Below, piece by piece: positions 17,416-25,746 of a stretch of 64,000 nt of DNA. This stretch comes from a virus. The stretch is from IMG/VR virus record IMGVR_UViG_3300024346_000009; one strand, given 5' to 3'. Position 1 is the stretch's first letter, and the number at the start of each line of letters is the position of its first letter. Under the pieces are notes generated by a model, which was not told where the DNA came from, made no database searches, and saw only the letters and a program-made list of their open reading frames with translations. A program made the position numbers and the translations under genes.

Positions 17416-17504
17416 CCCAAAATAAATTAAAAATATATTTTTTATATAAAGGGGCATATAAAATAATTACTTTTGCCGCGGCGAAAGACCGTCCTGGGAG
17501 GAAG

Positions 17505-17541
17505 GTTACTGCTTGACGACTGGACCGAAATGGACTATAAT
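17505..17541 (+). promoter_or_regulatory. Early promoter
   Basis: GTTAC-tgc-TTGACG-17-TATAAT. Confidence 0.8.
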
Positions 17542-17570
17542 AACGTATGAACAACGAAAAGGAAACTAAA

Positions 17571-17753
17571 ATGACTGCAGTCGAACTTACGGCCGAGCAA
17601 ATCGCAATGCTTCTTCAGATTCTCGACGAGAAACTCACTCTCGGCGAAATCGAAGGTTCAGAAAGACCTATAGCTTTCGGAGCTCTCGCTGCTTTAGAAG
17701 AAGCCGAAAACCTTCTCTGCGATATCGAAAATAGAACTAATTTAGGAATATAA
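17571..17753 (+). CDS. Hypothetical early protein
   Basis: SD AAGGA before ATG 17571. Confidence 0.65.
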   Translation: MTAVELTAEQIAMLLQILDEKLTLGEIEGSERPIAFGALAALEEAENLLCDIENRTNLGI

Positions 17754-17782
17754 GTAACCATCCGTAACGTAAGGTTACTAGG

Positions 17783-17811
17783 TTGACGATAGGACCAAAA
17801 GAGACTATAAT
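17783..17811 (+). promoter_or_regulatory. Early promoter
   Basis: TTGACG-17-TATAAT with GTAAC/GTTAC upstream. Confidence 0.8.
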
Positions 17812-17840
17812 AAATTATGAACAACGAAAAGGGAACTAAG

Positions 17841-18083
17841 ATGACAGATTACTCAGAAACTAAAATGTACGGCATGACCGTGCAAGCTATCCGTAGCCAG
17901 TACGTGCACTCTTTGACCGCAAAAATGTCTGGTCATGAGATGGTAGTGATGGGCATTTTGTCCGACTGCCAGGAAATGCTTTCAATGGGAGCTGGTCCTC
18001 GTGCTGTAGAGCATGTTCGCCAGCAGATGAATGTTGCAAAGTACATTCTTTGCGAAATGATGGATAACAAGGAGTCTGTATAA
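17841..18083 (+). CDS. Hypothetical early protein
   Basis: Leader duplicated from 17547; SD AAGGGA. Confidence 0.7.
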   Translation: MTDYSETKMYGMTVQAIRSQYVHSLTAKMSGHEMVVMGILSDCQEMLSMGAGPRAVEHVRQQMNVAKYILCEMMDNKESV

Positions 18084-18238
18084 TGTCTAAGATGTCGCAA
18101 TTGCATATGATCATCGTAGATGCCATTGAAGCTGGTATCTCTGAGGAACTCACCATCGAGTTGATGGTTGAAGAAGGCCTGCCACGCGAAGCCTGCCCCG
18201 AAATCTTGCGTGTTTTTAAACAAGTGGAGTCTGTATAA
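18083..18238 (+). CDS. Hypothetical 51-aa protein
   Basis: MSKMSQLHMIIVDAIEAG...; SD GGAG, TAATG coupling at both ends. Confidence 0.6.
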   Translation: MSKMSQLHMIIVDAIEAGISEELTIELMVEEGLPREACPEILRVFKQVESV

Positions 18239-18447
18239 TGAATTGGAAAACTCTTGATCAGTCTTTCGAGACTATGACCCAGGCCGAAGCCCTGGATATC
18301 GTTCAACAAGAAGCCGTGTCGATGGGCATGGGTCTTCTGGAAACTATGACCTGGATGTCTGATAACTACGACGAACTGGATTCAGTTCAGAGGAACGCCT
18401 TCAGAACCGCATTCCGCGGATTCCAACGCCTTCTGGCGCCTGCGTAA
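18238..18447 (+). CDS. Hypothetical protein
   Basis: Coupled, SD GGAG. Confidence 0.65.
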   Translation: MNWKTLDQSFETMTQAEALDIVQQEAVSMGMGLLETMTWMSDNYDELDSVQRNAFRTAFRGFQRLLAPA

Positions 18448-18474
18448 TAACCTTACGTAACGATCCGGTATTAC

Positions 18475-18503
18475 TTGACGGTTTGCCGGATCTAGACTAT
18501 AAT
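18475..18503 (+). promoter_or_regulatory. Early promoter
   Basis: TTGACG-17-TATAAT. Confidence 0.8.
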
Positions 18504-18523
18504 AGATACATCTTAACTAGGAA

Positions 18524-18868
18524 ATGAAAATGACGAAAATTACTAATCTCGAAACTGCCGTAGGCATCGTTCGCAACAATCCAACTAAGTTTGTTGCTTT
18601 GGCTGAAATTATGAACATCTTGGGCGTGAGCCGCTCTAATGCTTTTGTGTATCATACGAAGGCTTCTAAGATCTTGTTCTCTGCTAATAACTTAGATGAG
18701 ATCATGGGCAAGGTTTCGCCTCAGTATAAGAAGGTGACTGCATCTGTTCAGGGTACATCTGCTACGAAGAAGGCTGTGAAAGTGGCTGAGATCGATGCGG
18801 TGATTGCGAACTTGAGAAAGTCCGGAGCAACGGTGGCAAGCCCCTTCGCCGCCCTCGGTGCACGATAA
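18524..18868 (+). CDS. Hypothetical early protein, possible HTH
   Basis: LGVSRSNAFVY resembles the ISKGNASIY segment of ORF 6975. Confidence 0.6.
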   Translation: MKMTKITNLETAVGIVRNNPTKFVALAEIMNILGVSRSNAFVYHTKASKILFSANNLDEIMGKVSPQYKKVTASVQGTSATKKAVKVAEIDAVIANLRKSGATVASPFAALGAR

Positions 18869-19002
18869 GCCAAAAGGATCGAATCCTCAAGGCGCCAGTT
18901 GAAAAATTACTGGCAACTATTTTGTAACTAGTTTATATGCATTTCAAACCGCAAATTAACTAGTTACTTTTTTGAATAACCTTTTTTTCGGATGGTTACT
19001 GC

Positions 19003-19031
19003 TTGACGGCTGGACCAAAAGAGACTATAAT
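19003..19031 (+). promoter_or_regulatory. Early promoter
   Basis: TTGACG-17-TATAAT. Confidence 0.8.
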
Positions 19032-19056
19032 TAGACATCGTTTAAAGGGATATATT

Positions 19057-19947
19057 ATGAATACAGAGATCAAGTTTATCGACGGCAAGTTCGTCGGTTT
19101 GGTAAATGGTAAGGTTGTTGTTAAGTCTTCCTCCAAGTATTACGTTCAGCGCCAGTTGGACGGTCAGAAGTTGGCTTTCCGTGACGCGCCTGCCCCGGTG
19201 GTCTCTGAATTCGGTATTAATCAAAGATTTGGTTTTGTGGAACAGATGGTTGACATGATTGTTAACCGCACTTTGCCTTCTGCCGTTATTACCGGTGAAG
19301 GCGGTTTGGGCAAGACTTACACGGTTTTAAAGAGTTTAGAAAAGAACGGTTTTACTAATATTACCGACTTGGCTAACTTCGAAATTGGTTCTAAGATTAA
19401 TAAGTCTAAGTCCTATACCGTGGTTAAGGGTTATTCTACTGCCAAGGGTTTGTATAGAACGTTGTTTGAGAACAATGGTATGGTCATTGTGTTTGATGAC
19501 TGTGATAGTATTCTTAAAGACGATGTGGCAAAGAACATCCTCAAGGGTGCTCTGGACTCTTATTCTAAGCGTTATATCTCCTGGATGGCTGATATGCGTG
19601 ATGATGATCTGCCACGCTCCTTTGAGTTCACCGGCTCTATAGTGTTTGTATCTAACATGCCTATGGAACGTGTAGACCAGGCCATCAAGACACGTAGTCT
19701 GTGTGTGGATCTATCGATGTCTGAAGAGCAGAAGGTAGAGCGCATGGAGGTGATTGCTAAGAGTGATGAGTTCTTGCCTGAGTCCTCTGATATGGCCAAG
19801 AGCCAGGCGCTGGCCTTCTTAAAGGCTAATATCGGTCAGATCCCTAATATGTCTCTCCGTAGTCTGATTGCTGTAACGAAGATTGCTAATACTGGTAATC
19901 CTCAGTGGAAAGATCTTGCTAAGTACGTTTTAACTCAAGGAAACTAA
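19057..19947 (+). CDS. P-loop (AAA+-like) ATPase
   Basis: Walker A GEGGLGKT, Walker B VFDDCD, FVSN sensor. Confidence 0.8.
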   Translation: MNTEIKFIDGKFVGLVNGKVVVKSSSKYYVQRQLDGQKLAFRDAPAPVVSEFGINQRFGFVEQMVDMIVNRTLPSAVITGEGGLGKTYTVLKSLEKNGFTNITDLANFEIGSKINKSKSYTVVKGYSTAKGLYRTLFENNGMVIVFDDCDSILKDDVAKNILKGALDSYSKRYISWMADMRDDDLPRSFEFTGSIVFVSNMPMERVDQAIKTRSLCVDLSMSEEQKVERMEVIAKSDEFLPESSDMAKSQALAFLKANIGQIPNMSLRSLIAVTKIANTGNPQWKDLAKYVLTQGN

Positions 19948-20045
19948 GATGAAGTTATTACAAGAGATCGGAGAGGCTACAGTAATAGCATGCCTCTTCG
20001 GCGGACCTTTTTTCTATTACTTTCTTTTTATGATGAGGCCTTAAT

Positions 20046-20234
20046 ATGTTTATAGAGCAAATTGCCGATATGCTACGCCTGGGATATACAGAACATGAAA
20101 TTGTTCGTATTCTAGCTATCCCCCCACATCTGGCTGAAAGTATTATCCAGCAAGCCGAACAGTGGAACGATGAAGAGTTCGTACCCTGGACCGACGACAT
20201 TGTGGATGATATGGCCACCAAGTATGAAGAATAA
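20046..20234 (+). CDS. Hypothetical protein
   Basis: SD GAGG. Confidence 0.55.
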   Translation: MFIEQIADMLRLGYTEHEIVRILAIPPHLAESIIQQAEQWNDEEFVPWTDDIVDDMATKYEE

Positions 20235-20521
20235 CATAGAGAAAACACAGTGCCCAACTTTATAGAATTAAGTATAGTTACTCTACACAACAGTGTTTCA
20301 GGCACAGTTACTTATGTTTAAATGCAAAAATTTCTGCGCGCTTGAATTTAGCTCTAGAACTCCCTCCAGAAAAAATTTTTGCGCTAGAAAAACCGCGCTA
20401 GAAACTCCCCCATGAACCGGTACTCTTATTTCTTCTCCGTTATGGCAGTAAAGCTTGCCTTTGTCGCATTTATCTTATATAATGATCTATCGGCCTGGTG
20501 GCTTTTATTACTACTGATTAT

Positions 20522-20797
20522 ATGAAACAGAAACTACAACAATTAACCTGGACTATTAAAGAGACTGGGGAAACTACCACCCATACCGCCTACGAAGATC
20601 ATATTGATGTTTTGGTTGGGCGGTTAATGGATACGTATTGGGATCCTGAGGGGGGTTGGGCTATAGATTATACCATAAAGAATGTCAGAGTTAATTCACC
20701 TAAGAAGCCAAAACCCCCACTTCAGGATCCGGCTCAAACAGCCCTGGAGCATGCCCAGGCCCTTTCCTACTTTAATAAATTAAATAATGAAACCTAA
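20522..20797 (+). CDS. Hypothetical protein
   Basis: Operonic ORF. Confidence 0.55.
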   Translation: MKQKLQQLTWTIKETGETTTHTAYEDHIDVLVGRLMDTYWDPEGGWAIDYTIKNVRVNSPKKPKPPLQDPAQTALEHAQALSYFNKLNNET

Positions 20798-20958
20798 ATT
20801 TTTACCTGTATTAGAGATGTGTATTGAGAATGGGTTGACCTACGGTTATCGCCGTGCATTCAAGCATAATGATAATCCCACCGAAGAACAGATAACAGAC
20901 CAGATCAAGCAATCCATTATGCATGAACTGTACGAGTGGTTTGATATGGAAAATATCA

Positions 20959-21144
20959 ATGAGTGATGAACTTCGTATTAAATGCGATAGGTTAATTACT
21001 GCCATGGTTGGCAAGGAATGGGCTCCCATATGGTGGAGTGGACCTAATAAACACTTTGATGGTGAGATACCAGAAGATGTGTTCAAGCGTACCCCCAATG
21101 AGGTGTACGACTACCTGTTGACGTGTGCATATGGGGGATGGTAG
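20959..21144 (+). CDS. Hypothetical protein (Xre/MbcA C-terminal-like)
   Basis: WW..PN..FDG..P pattern. Confidence 0.55.
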   Translation: MSDELRIKCDRLITAMVGKEWAPIWWSGPNKHFDGEIPEDVFKRTPNEVYDYLLTCAYGGW

Positions 21145-21147
21145 AGT

Positions 21148-21450
21148 ATGAGTGAATATACGCCCGATTGCTGGGTAGTCATAGAGATTGCCATGGAAGG
21201 TACTACCGTACAGAGGATCCTATCTTCCTGGTACGGGGGGTGGGCGGGTTCTGATAGTTGGCGCCTATCCTCCGGCATCACCGAGGTGGAGGAGTTGGGG
21301 GGGCTGTACATCATTAAGAATCATTCAGGTTCCGTCTATACCTGTTATAAGAAAAGGTATGGGATGTCTTCTTATACTGCCGGCATCCTGGAAGACTTTA
21401 AAAAACAGGCACCTATTACAATGGTGAAGAAATATGAACAAACGAATTAA
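21148..21450 (+). CDS. Conserved T4-like hypothetical protein
   Basis: YTPD.WVV, WYGGW.GSDSWRLSSGI, SGSVY.C motifs. Confidence 0.75.
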   Translation: MSEYTPDCWVVIEIAMEGTTVQRILSSWYGGWAGSDSWRLSSGITEVEELGGLYIIKNHSGSVYTCYKKRYGMSSYTAGILEDFKKQAPITMVKKYEQTN

Positions 21451-21637
21451 AGAACTTGCCGAACAGGCTGGATACACAAAAGATATGTTTGGTGTTGGGC
21501 ACTGGGATATGCCAGAATGTCAAAAGTTCACCGAGTTGATTGTTCGGGAAATGTTAAAGACTTGTGAGGAACATCCTGCATGGTCTGGTCATTTCATTGG
21601 TGAACAGATTAAAGAACATTTCGGAGTTGAAGAATGA
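21434..21637 (+). CDS. Hypothetical protein, MNxxIKxLAxxAG family
   Basis: Ends IKEHFGVEE. Confidence 0.7.
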   Translation: MNKRIKELAEQAGYTKDMFGVGHWDMPECQKFTELIVREMLKTCEEHPAWSGHFIGEQIKEHFGVEE

Positions 21638-21785
21638 GCTGGATCCTCTACATCGTCCTGGGTACCAACATGCCCACCCTCCACCAAGTAAATCGCTATG
21701 CCAATGAAATTGGCTGCCGGGCGGCTATTACCGAATTGATGGGCCAGGGGGTGAGGGCGGTGTGTTTATTTAAACAGGAATCAAA

Positions 21786-22043
21786 ATGAATAAAAAGATT
21801 AAACAACTGGCTGTTGAAGCCGGACTCTATGTGGAGGTGAAGGGGGAGCCCTGGCCCAGGAACATGGCTGGGGAAGATGTTGAGGGTGCATACCAGAGGT
21901 TTGCCCACCTGGTTGTCCAGGAATGTATTAAACTCAATAAACAAGAACTCTCCTTCGTTGCATTCGATGTGCTGTTCAACAGGTACGAGGAACACTTTGG
22001 AGCCGAACCTGATTGGCAGCGCTATGAGTTCCAGGAGCTGTGA
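21786..22043 (+). CDS. Hypothetical protein, MNxxIKxLAxxAG family
   Basis: FA.LVVQEC...EHFG. Confidence 0.7.
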   Translation: MNKKIKQLAVEAGLYVEVKGEPWPRNMAGEDVEGAYQRFAHLVVQECIKLNKQELSFVAFDVLFNRYEEHFGAEPDWQRYEFQEL

Positions 22044-22330
22044 TGGCAGTCCGGTATAATACTAACTGGATGGGGCCCATAAACGTGGAGTGGATCAGGC
22101 AGAATGGGGAAGGTTGGTCCACCGGCCGTATCGATTGTAGTGGTACCGGGTGTGGGCCCTATGGCGATGAACTTAGTCTGTCTCCCATGAAGTCCGAAGA
22201 CTGGAGGAGGTTTGGTGATTGGCTCTGGGACTTTGAGACCAAGAAACTCTGGACTCTTGAGCAATTGGTGGAAGAATATGAAAAAACGAATCCTAAAATT
22301 ACATGGTTAAAAAATGAACTCTATAATTAA
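22040..22330 (+). CDS. Hypothetical protein
   Basis: Coupled, SD AGGAG. Confidence 0.6.
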   Translation: MMAVRYNTNWMGPINVEWIRQNGEGWSTGRIDCSGTGCGPYGDELSLSPMKSEDWRRFGDWLWDFETKKLWTLEQLVEEYEKTNPKITWLKNELYN

Positions 22331-22715
22331 GACAAGACGTGCCACCAGGCAAGAAAAAATCGTTACTCCCGGGGTTTACGAGGTACCGGTTGAGTCAACG
22401 GAAGTAAAGAAGTTTATCAAAGACGGGTGTGTTGCCGTCCTCTTCTCCCCCGACTTTGGTGCCGGCTGGTACTCGTGGCACGGTGTCAAGGAACTTTTGT
22501 TTGATCGCCAATTGGTTGGTATGGTTATGGAAGGTGTTACGTCTGAAACGATTGAACTGTATTGTAGAGAAGTTTACGGGGATCATTACTACGGTGGCGC
22601 CACTTTGGGCTTAGAAATTGCCTGGGTCCCTTCCGGTACCGAATTTATGGTTGAAGACTACGATGGTGCAGAAACCGTAACACTTAAAGATGAAGTAAAT
22701 TGGATAAAAGCTTGA
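22314..22715 (+). CDS. Conserved phage hypothetical protein
   Basis: VAVLFSPDFGAGWYSW...EDYDGAE. Confidence 0.7.
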   Translation: MNSIIKTRRATRQEKIVTPGVYEVPVESTEVKKFIKDGCVAVLFSPDFGAGWYSWHGVKELLFDRQLVGMVMEGVTSETIELYCREVYGDHYYGGATLGLEIAWVPSGTEFMVEDYDGAETVTLKDEVNWIKA

Positions 22716-22765
22716 CTTTCTCGCTCGATCGGTTATAATAAGATAACGAAAGAGGGATCTATATT

Positions 22766-23260
22766 ATGATTAGTGAAATTAAAAGTTCTGATAAGATGGT
22801 TAGTAAGGGTGTCTTTATGTCCCTGTCCGCCATCTATACCCATAGCAAAACCTCCAAGGTCATTGCACAAATGATTACGAGATCTCTTCCTGAGTTTCGT
22901 AAGCAATTAGATCTTCCCCGAGACGTTCAGTTTCGTGTAGCCCCGATTAAGGCTAAGAACACCAATGGTTATTATTCGGTAGAAGGTAAGTTGGCTGTAA
23001 TCGATTGCCGTCTTGGTTGGGCAAAGGCACTAGAGGTGATTGCTCATGAATTGGTGCATGCCGAACAATACCATACCGGTAAACTGAAGAAGAAGTACAA
23101 TCAACGTAAAGGCTGGTTACATCACTGGAACGGTACTCCCGGAAAGAAGGGGACTACCTATAAAGCCTATCGTGATCAGCCCTGGGAGCAGGAGGCGTGG
23201 AATCGTCAAATGTACCTGGCCGAAACTGTTTGCAGAATTTTAGAGGAAAAATATCCATGA
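22766..23260 (+). CDS. Zincin-like metallopeptidase
   Basis: AHELVHAEQY, PWEQEA; promoter TTGACT-16-TATAAT at 22712-22739. Confidence 0.7.
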   Translation: MISEIKSSDKMVSKGVFMSLSAIYTHSKTSKVIAQMITRSLPEFRKQLDLPRDVQFRVAPIKAKNTNGYYSVEGKLAVIDCRLGWAKALEVIAHELVHAEQYHTGKLKKKYNQRKGWLHHWNGTPGKKGTTYKAYRDQPWEQEAWNRQMYLAETVCRILEEKYP

Positions 23261-23517
23261 ACCGTAATGAAGAAATTTTAATTATACTCCAGGAGGAGTG
23301 TGCAGAGGTGATTCAAGCTATTTCTAAGGTTCGAAGATTTGGTTTAGCAGAAAATGAACAATCGCTTAAGCAAGAACTTGCCGATCTCCGGTGTATGCTT
23401 GATCTGGTTGAGGCTTATAAGGTAGTTACTTACAAGCCAGGTGAGTTAGGTAACATGATTATGGCAAAACAGAAGAAATTGGAAGTATATTCCAAGATTT
23501 TCGAACGTAACAGTTGA
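23257..23517 (+). CDS. MazG-like nucleotide pyrophosphohydrolase
   Basis: LQEECAEVIQAISK...ELADL. Confidence 0.75.
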   Translation: MNRNEEILIILQEECAEVIQAISKVRRFGLAENEQSLKQELADLRCMLDLVEAYKVVTYKPGELGNMIMAKQKKLEVYSKIFERNS

Positions 23518-23572
23518 TTTCCTCGCTCGAGCATATATAATTAACATATCAACAACTTAAAGGGACTATATT

Positions 23573-24547
23573 ATGTCACATGAACTTGAAATTGCAAAGA
23601 ACGGCGAAGCCAACATGGCATTCGTCGGTGAAACCCCCTGGCATGGCCTAGGAAAACGTGTTCCTAACGACGTTTCGCCTGAGCAGATGCTAAAAGCGGC
23701 AAATCTTGACTGGTCTGTCAGTAAAAAGCAGTTATTCTTCAATTCTGAAGGTGGTCTTGTACCTACTAAGGCCCAGGCCCTGGTACGCTCTACCGATAAC
23801 AAGGTATTGACCGTGGTTTCCGATAATTGGAACCCTGTTCAAAACCTGGAAGCGTTCGAATTCTTCAATGACTTCGTTCATGCAGGGGATATGGAGATGC
23901 ATACCGCTGGATCCCTCAAGGGTGGTAAGATGGTCTGGGCTATGGCACAGATTAAAGATTCATTTACGTTATTTGGAGGTGATAAGGTTGAAGGTTACTT
24001 ACTATTTTCTAATCCTCACGAGTTTGGCCGCTCTATTGATGTTCGTTTCACGCCTGTACGAGTTGTATGTAACAATACCTTGACTTTGGCGTTGGGAAGT
24101 ACTGCCAAGCATGCCGTAAAGATCAATCACCGTGCTGTATTTAATGGTGATCTTGTAAAAGAGACGTTGGGTGTTGCTAAAGATCAGTTATCTCATTATA
24201 AAGAGCAGGCCCAGTTCCTGGGTCAGAAGAAGTATAATAAGGAAACGATTGTTGAGTATTTTAATCGTGTATTCCCATCGTTGTCTAAGGATGAGCTGAA
24301 ACGTGCTAATACTGCATTCCCCATCAGCCGTCAGGCCGAGGAGGCAATGGCTGTTGTTCATACCCAGCCCGGTGCTAACTTTGCCGAAGGTAGTTGGTGG
24401 CAGGCATTTAACGCTGTAACGTATATGACTGATCATAAGATGGGTCGTTCACGTGATAGCCGTCTGACATCTGCCTGGTACGGTATGAATCGTGTTAAGA
24501 AAGAAAAAGCATTGGATCTGGCTGTAGAGTATGCAGCGGTAGCCTGA
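23573..24547 (+). CDS. DUF932-family phage/plasmid protein
   Basis: PWHGLG, TAGSL.GG, RVVCNNTL, AFNAVT; promoter at 23514-23541. Confidence 0.85.
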   Translation: MSHELEIAKNGEANMAFVGETPWHGLGKRVPNDVSPEQMLKAANLDWSVSKKQLFFNSEGGLVPTKAQALVRSTDNKVLTVVSDNWNPVQNLEAFEFFNDFVHAGDMEMHTAGSLKGGKMVWAMAQIKDSFTLFGGDKVEGYLLFSNPHEFGRSIDVRFTPVRVVCNNTLTLALGSTAKHAVKINHRAVFNGDLVKETLGVAKDQLSHYKEQAQFLGQKKYNKETIVEYFNRVFPSLSKDELKRANTAFPISRQAEEAMAVVHTQPGANFAEGSWWQAFNAVTYMTDHKMGRSRDSRLTSAWYGMNRVKKEKALDLAVEYAAVA

Positions 24548-24592
24548 AACTGTTGACTTAGTAGTAAGTAGCAGATATAATAATAAAATAGT

Positions 24593-24670
24593 GCACAGGT
24601 GGCAGAGCGGTCCAATGCAACGGATTGCAAATCCGTAAAACCGTCGGTTCAAATCCGACCCTGTGTTCCA
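24593..24670 (+). tRNA. tRNA-Cys(GCA)
   Basis: Cloverleaf, anticodon loop TTGCAAA, encoded CCA; promoter TTGACT-17-TATAAT at 24553-24581. Confidence 0.92.
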
Positions 24671-24681
24671 TTAGACTAAGA

Positions 24682-24756
24682 GGCTCGTTCGTATAGAGGT
24701 TATTACTGCGGATTGTCTATCCGCTTACGGGAGTTCGATTCTCCCACGAGTCGCCA
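24682..24756 (+). tRNA. tRNA-Asp(GTC)
   Basis: Cloverleaf, loop TTGTCTA, G73-CCA. Confidence 0.92.
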
Positions 24757-24764
24757 TATAAATT

Positions 24765-24849
24765 ACCCCCTTGGCGGAATTGGTAGACGCGCCAGATTTA
24801 GGTTCTGGTATCGAAAGGTGTAGGAGTTCGAGTCTCCTGGGGGGTACCA
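24765..24849 (+). tRNA. tRNA-Leu(TAG)
   Basis: Long variable arm, loop TTTAGGT, A73-CCA. Confidence 0.92.
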
Positions 24850-24873
24850 TTGATTTAACTTGCAAAGTATACT

Positions 24874-25329
24874 GTGTTACATTTAATTAAAACGTTAACC
24901 GATAGTTTTTTCAGTATGCTGGGCGAGGACCCAGTAAGACCTAATATACCTCATGTAGATAGGGTGGGAGATAATAAAGATATATTTGTTCTACGGGACG
25001 AAGAGAATAAAGTAAAAGCAATTACCTGTGTTAGTTATCAGAGTAAGATACCTACAATGGAGTGTGAGTTGTTTGAAGTATCTACAGTACCTGATACTGC
25101 TGTTTTTTATACGATATGGAGTTATGCTCCGGGTGCAGGACGTAAGCTTATTTTTGATGCTGTAAAGCATATAAATGAAAATAATACAAACATAACCCGG
25201 TTTGTAACTTTAAGTCCTAAAACGGAGCTTGCAAAACGGTTTCATTTAAAAAATGGCGCTATCGTTTTTAGAGATAATGAAGAGACAGTTAATTATGAAT
25301 ATGTAATGGAGCGTTCGTCTATCGGTTAG
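24874..25329 (+). CDS. Hypothetical protein, GNAT-like features
   Basis: FYTIWSY..GAGR.L, A.RFHLKNGA; 3' end overlaps tRNA-Glu. Confidence 0.65.
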   Translation: MLHLIKTLTDSFFSMLGEDPVRPNIPHVDRVGDNKDIFVLRDEENKVKAITCVSYQSKIPTMECELFEVSTVPDTAVFYTIWSYAPGAGRKLIFDAVKHINENNTNITRFVTLSPKTELAKRFHLKNGAIVFRDNEETVNYEYVMERSSIG

Positions 25330-25382
25330 GACATTAGGTTTTCATCCTAATAAGAGGAGTTCGATTCTCCTACGCTCTTCCA
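25308..25382 (+). tRNA. tRNA-Glu(TTC)
   Basis: Cloverleaf, loop TTTTCAT, CCA. Confidence 0.88.
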
Positions 25383-25391
25383 ATTTAAACT

Positions 25392-25465
25392 GCGGGGTTC
25401 GTATAGTGGCAATACCTGAGCCTTCCAAGCTCATGCGGAGAGTTCGATTCTCTTACCCCGCTCCA
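25392..25465 (+). tRNA. tRNA-Gly(TCC)
   Basis: Cloverleaf, loop CTTCCAA, T73-CCA. Confidence 0.92.
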
Positions 25466-25478
25466 CATATATATTCAT

Positions 25479-25550
25479 GCACTCTTGTCAGCACTGTGGG
25501 AAGCGCAGATAGACAATACTAGAACAAGGTTCGAATCCAAACAAGAGTGC
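25479..25550 (+). ncRNA. tRNA-like small RNA of unknown function
   Basis: 10-bp closing stem GCACTCTTGT/ACAAGAGTGC and GGTTCGAATCC T-loop; no canonical anticodon arm. Confidence 0.55.
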
Positions 25551-25565
25551 TTCTTTATGGTTTAT

Positions 25566-25641
25566 GCAGTTGTTAGTGTAAGGGTTAACACCACGGATTG
25601 TGATTCCGTTAATATGGGTTCGATTCCCATACTTCTGCCCA
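25566..25641 (+). tRNA. tRNA-His(GTG)
   Basis: G-1:C73, loop TTGTGAT, CCA; two U-U mismatches in the acceptor stem. Confidence 0.8.
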
Positions 25642-25670
25642 AGTCAAATCCAAGCAAAAGTGTTAATTTA

Positions 25671-25745
25671 CTGGCGATAGTTCAATGGACAGAACAGTAG
25701 CCTTCTAAGCTATCAATCCAGGTTCGATTCCTGGTCGCCGGACCA
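25671..25745 (+). tRNA. tRNA-Arg(TCT)
   Basis: Cloverleaf, loop CTTCTAA, CCA. Confidence 0.92.
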
Positions 25746-25746
25746 G

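Noticed and set aside
25485-25700. 71-aa ORF in the tRNA cluster
   Set aside because: Overlaps the tRNA-like element, tRNA-His and tRNA-Arg; spurious
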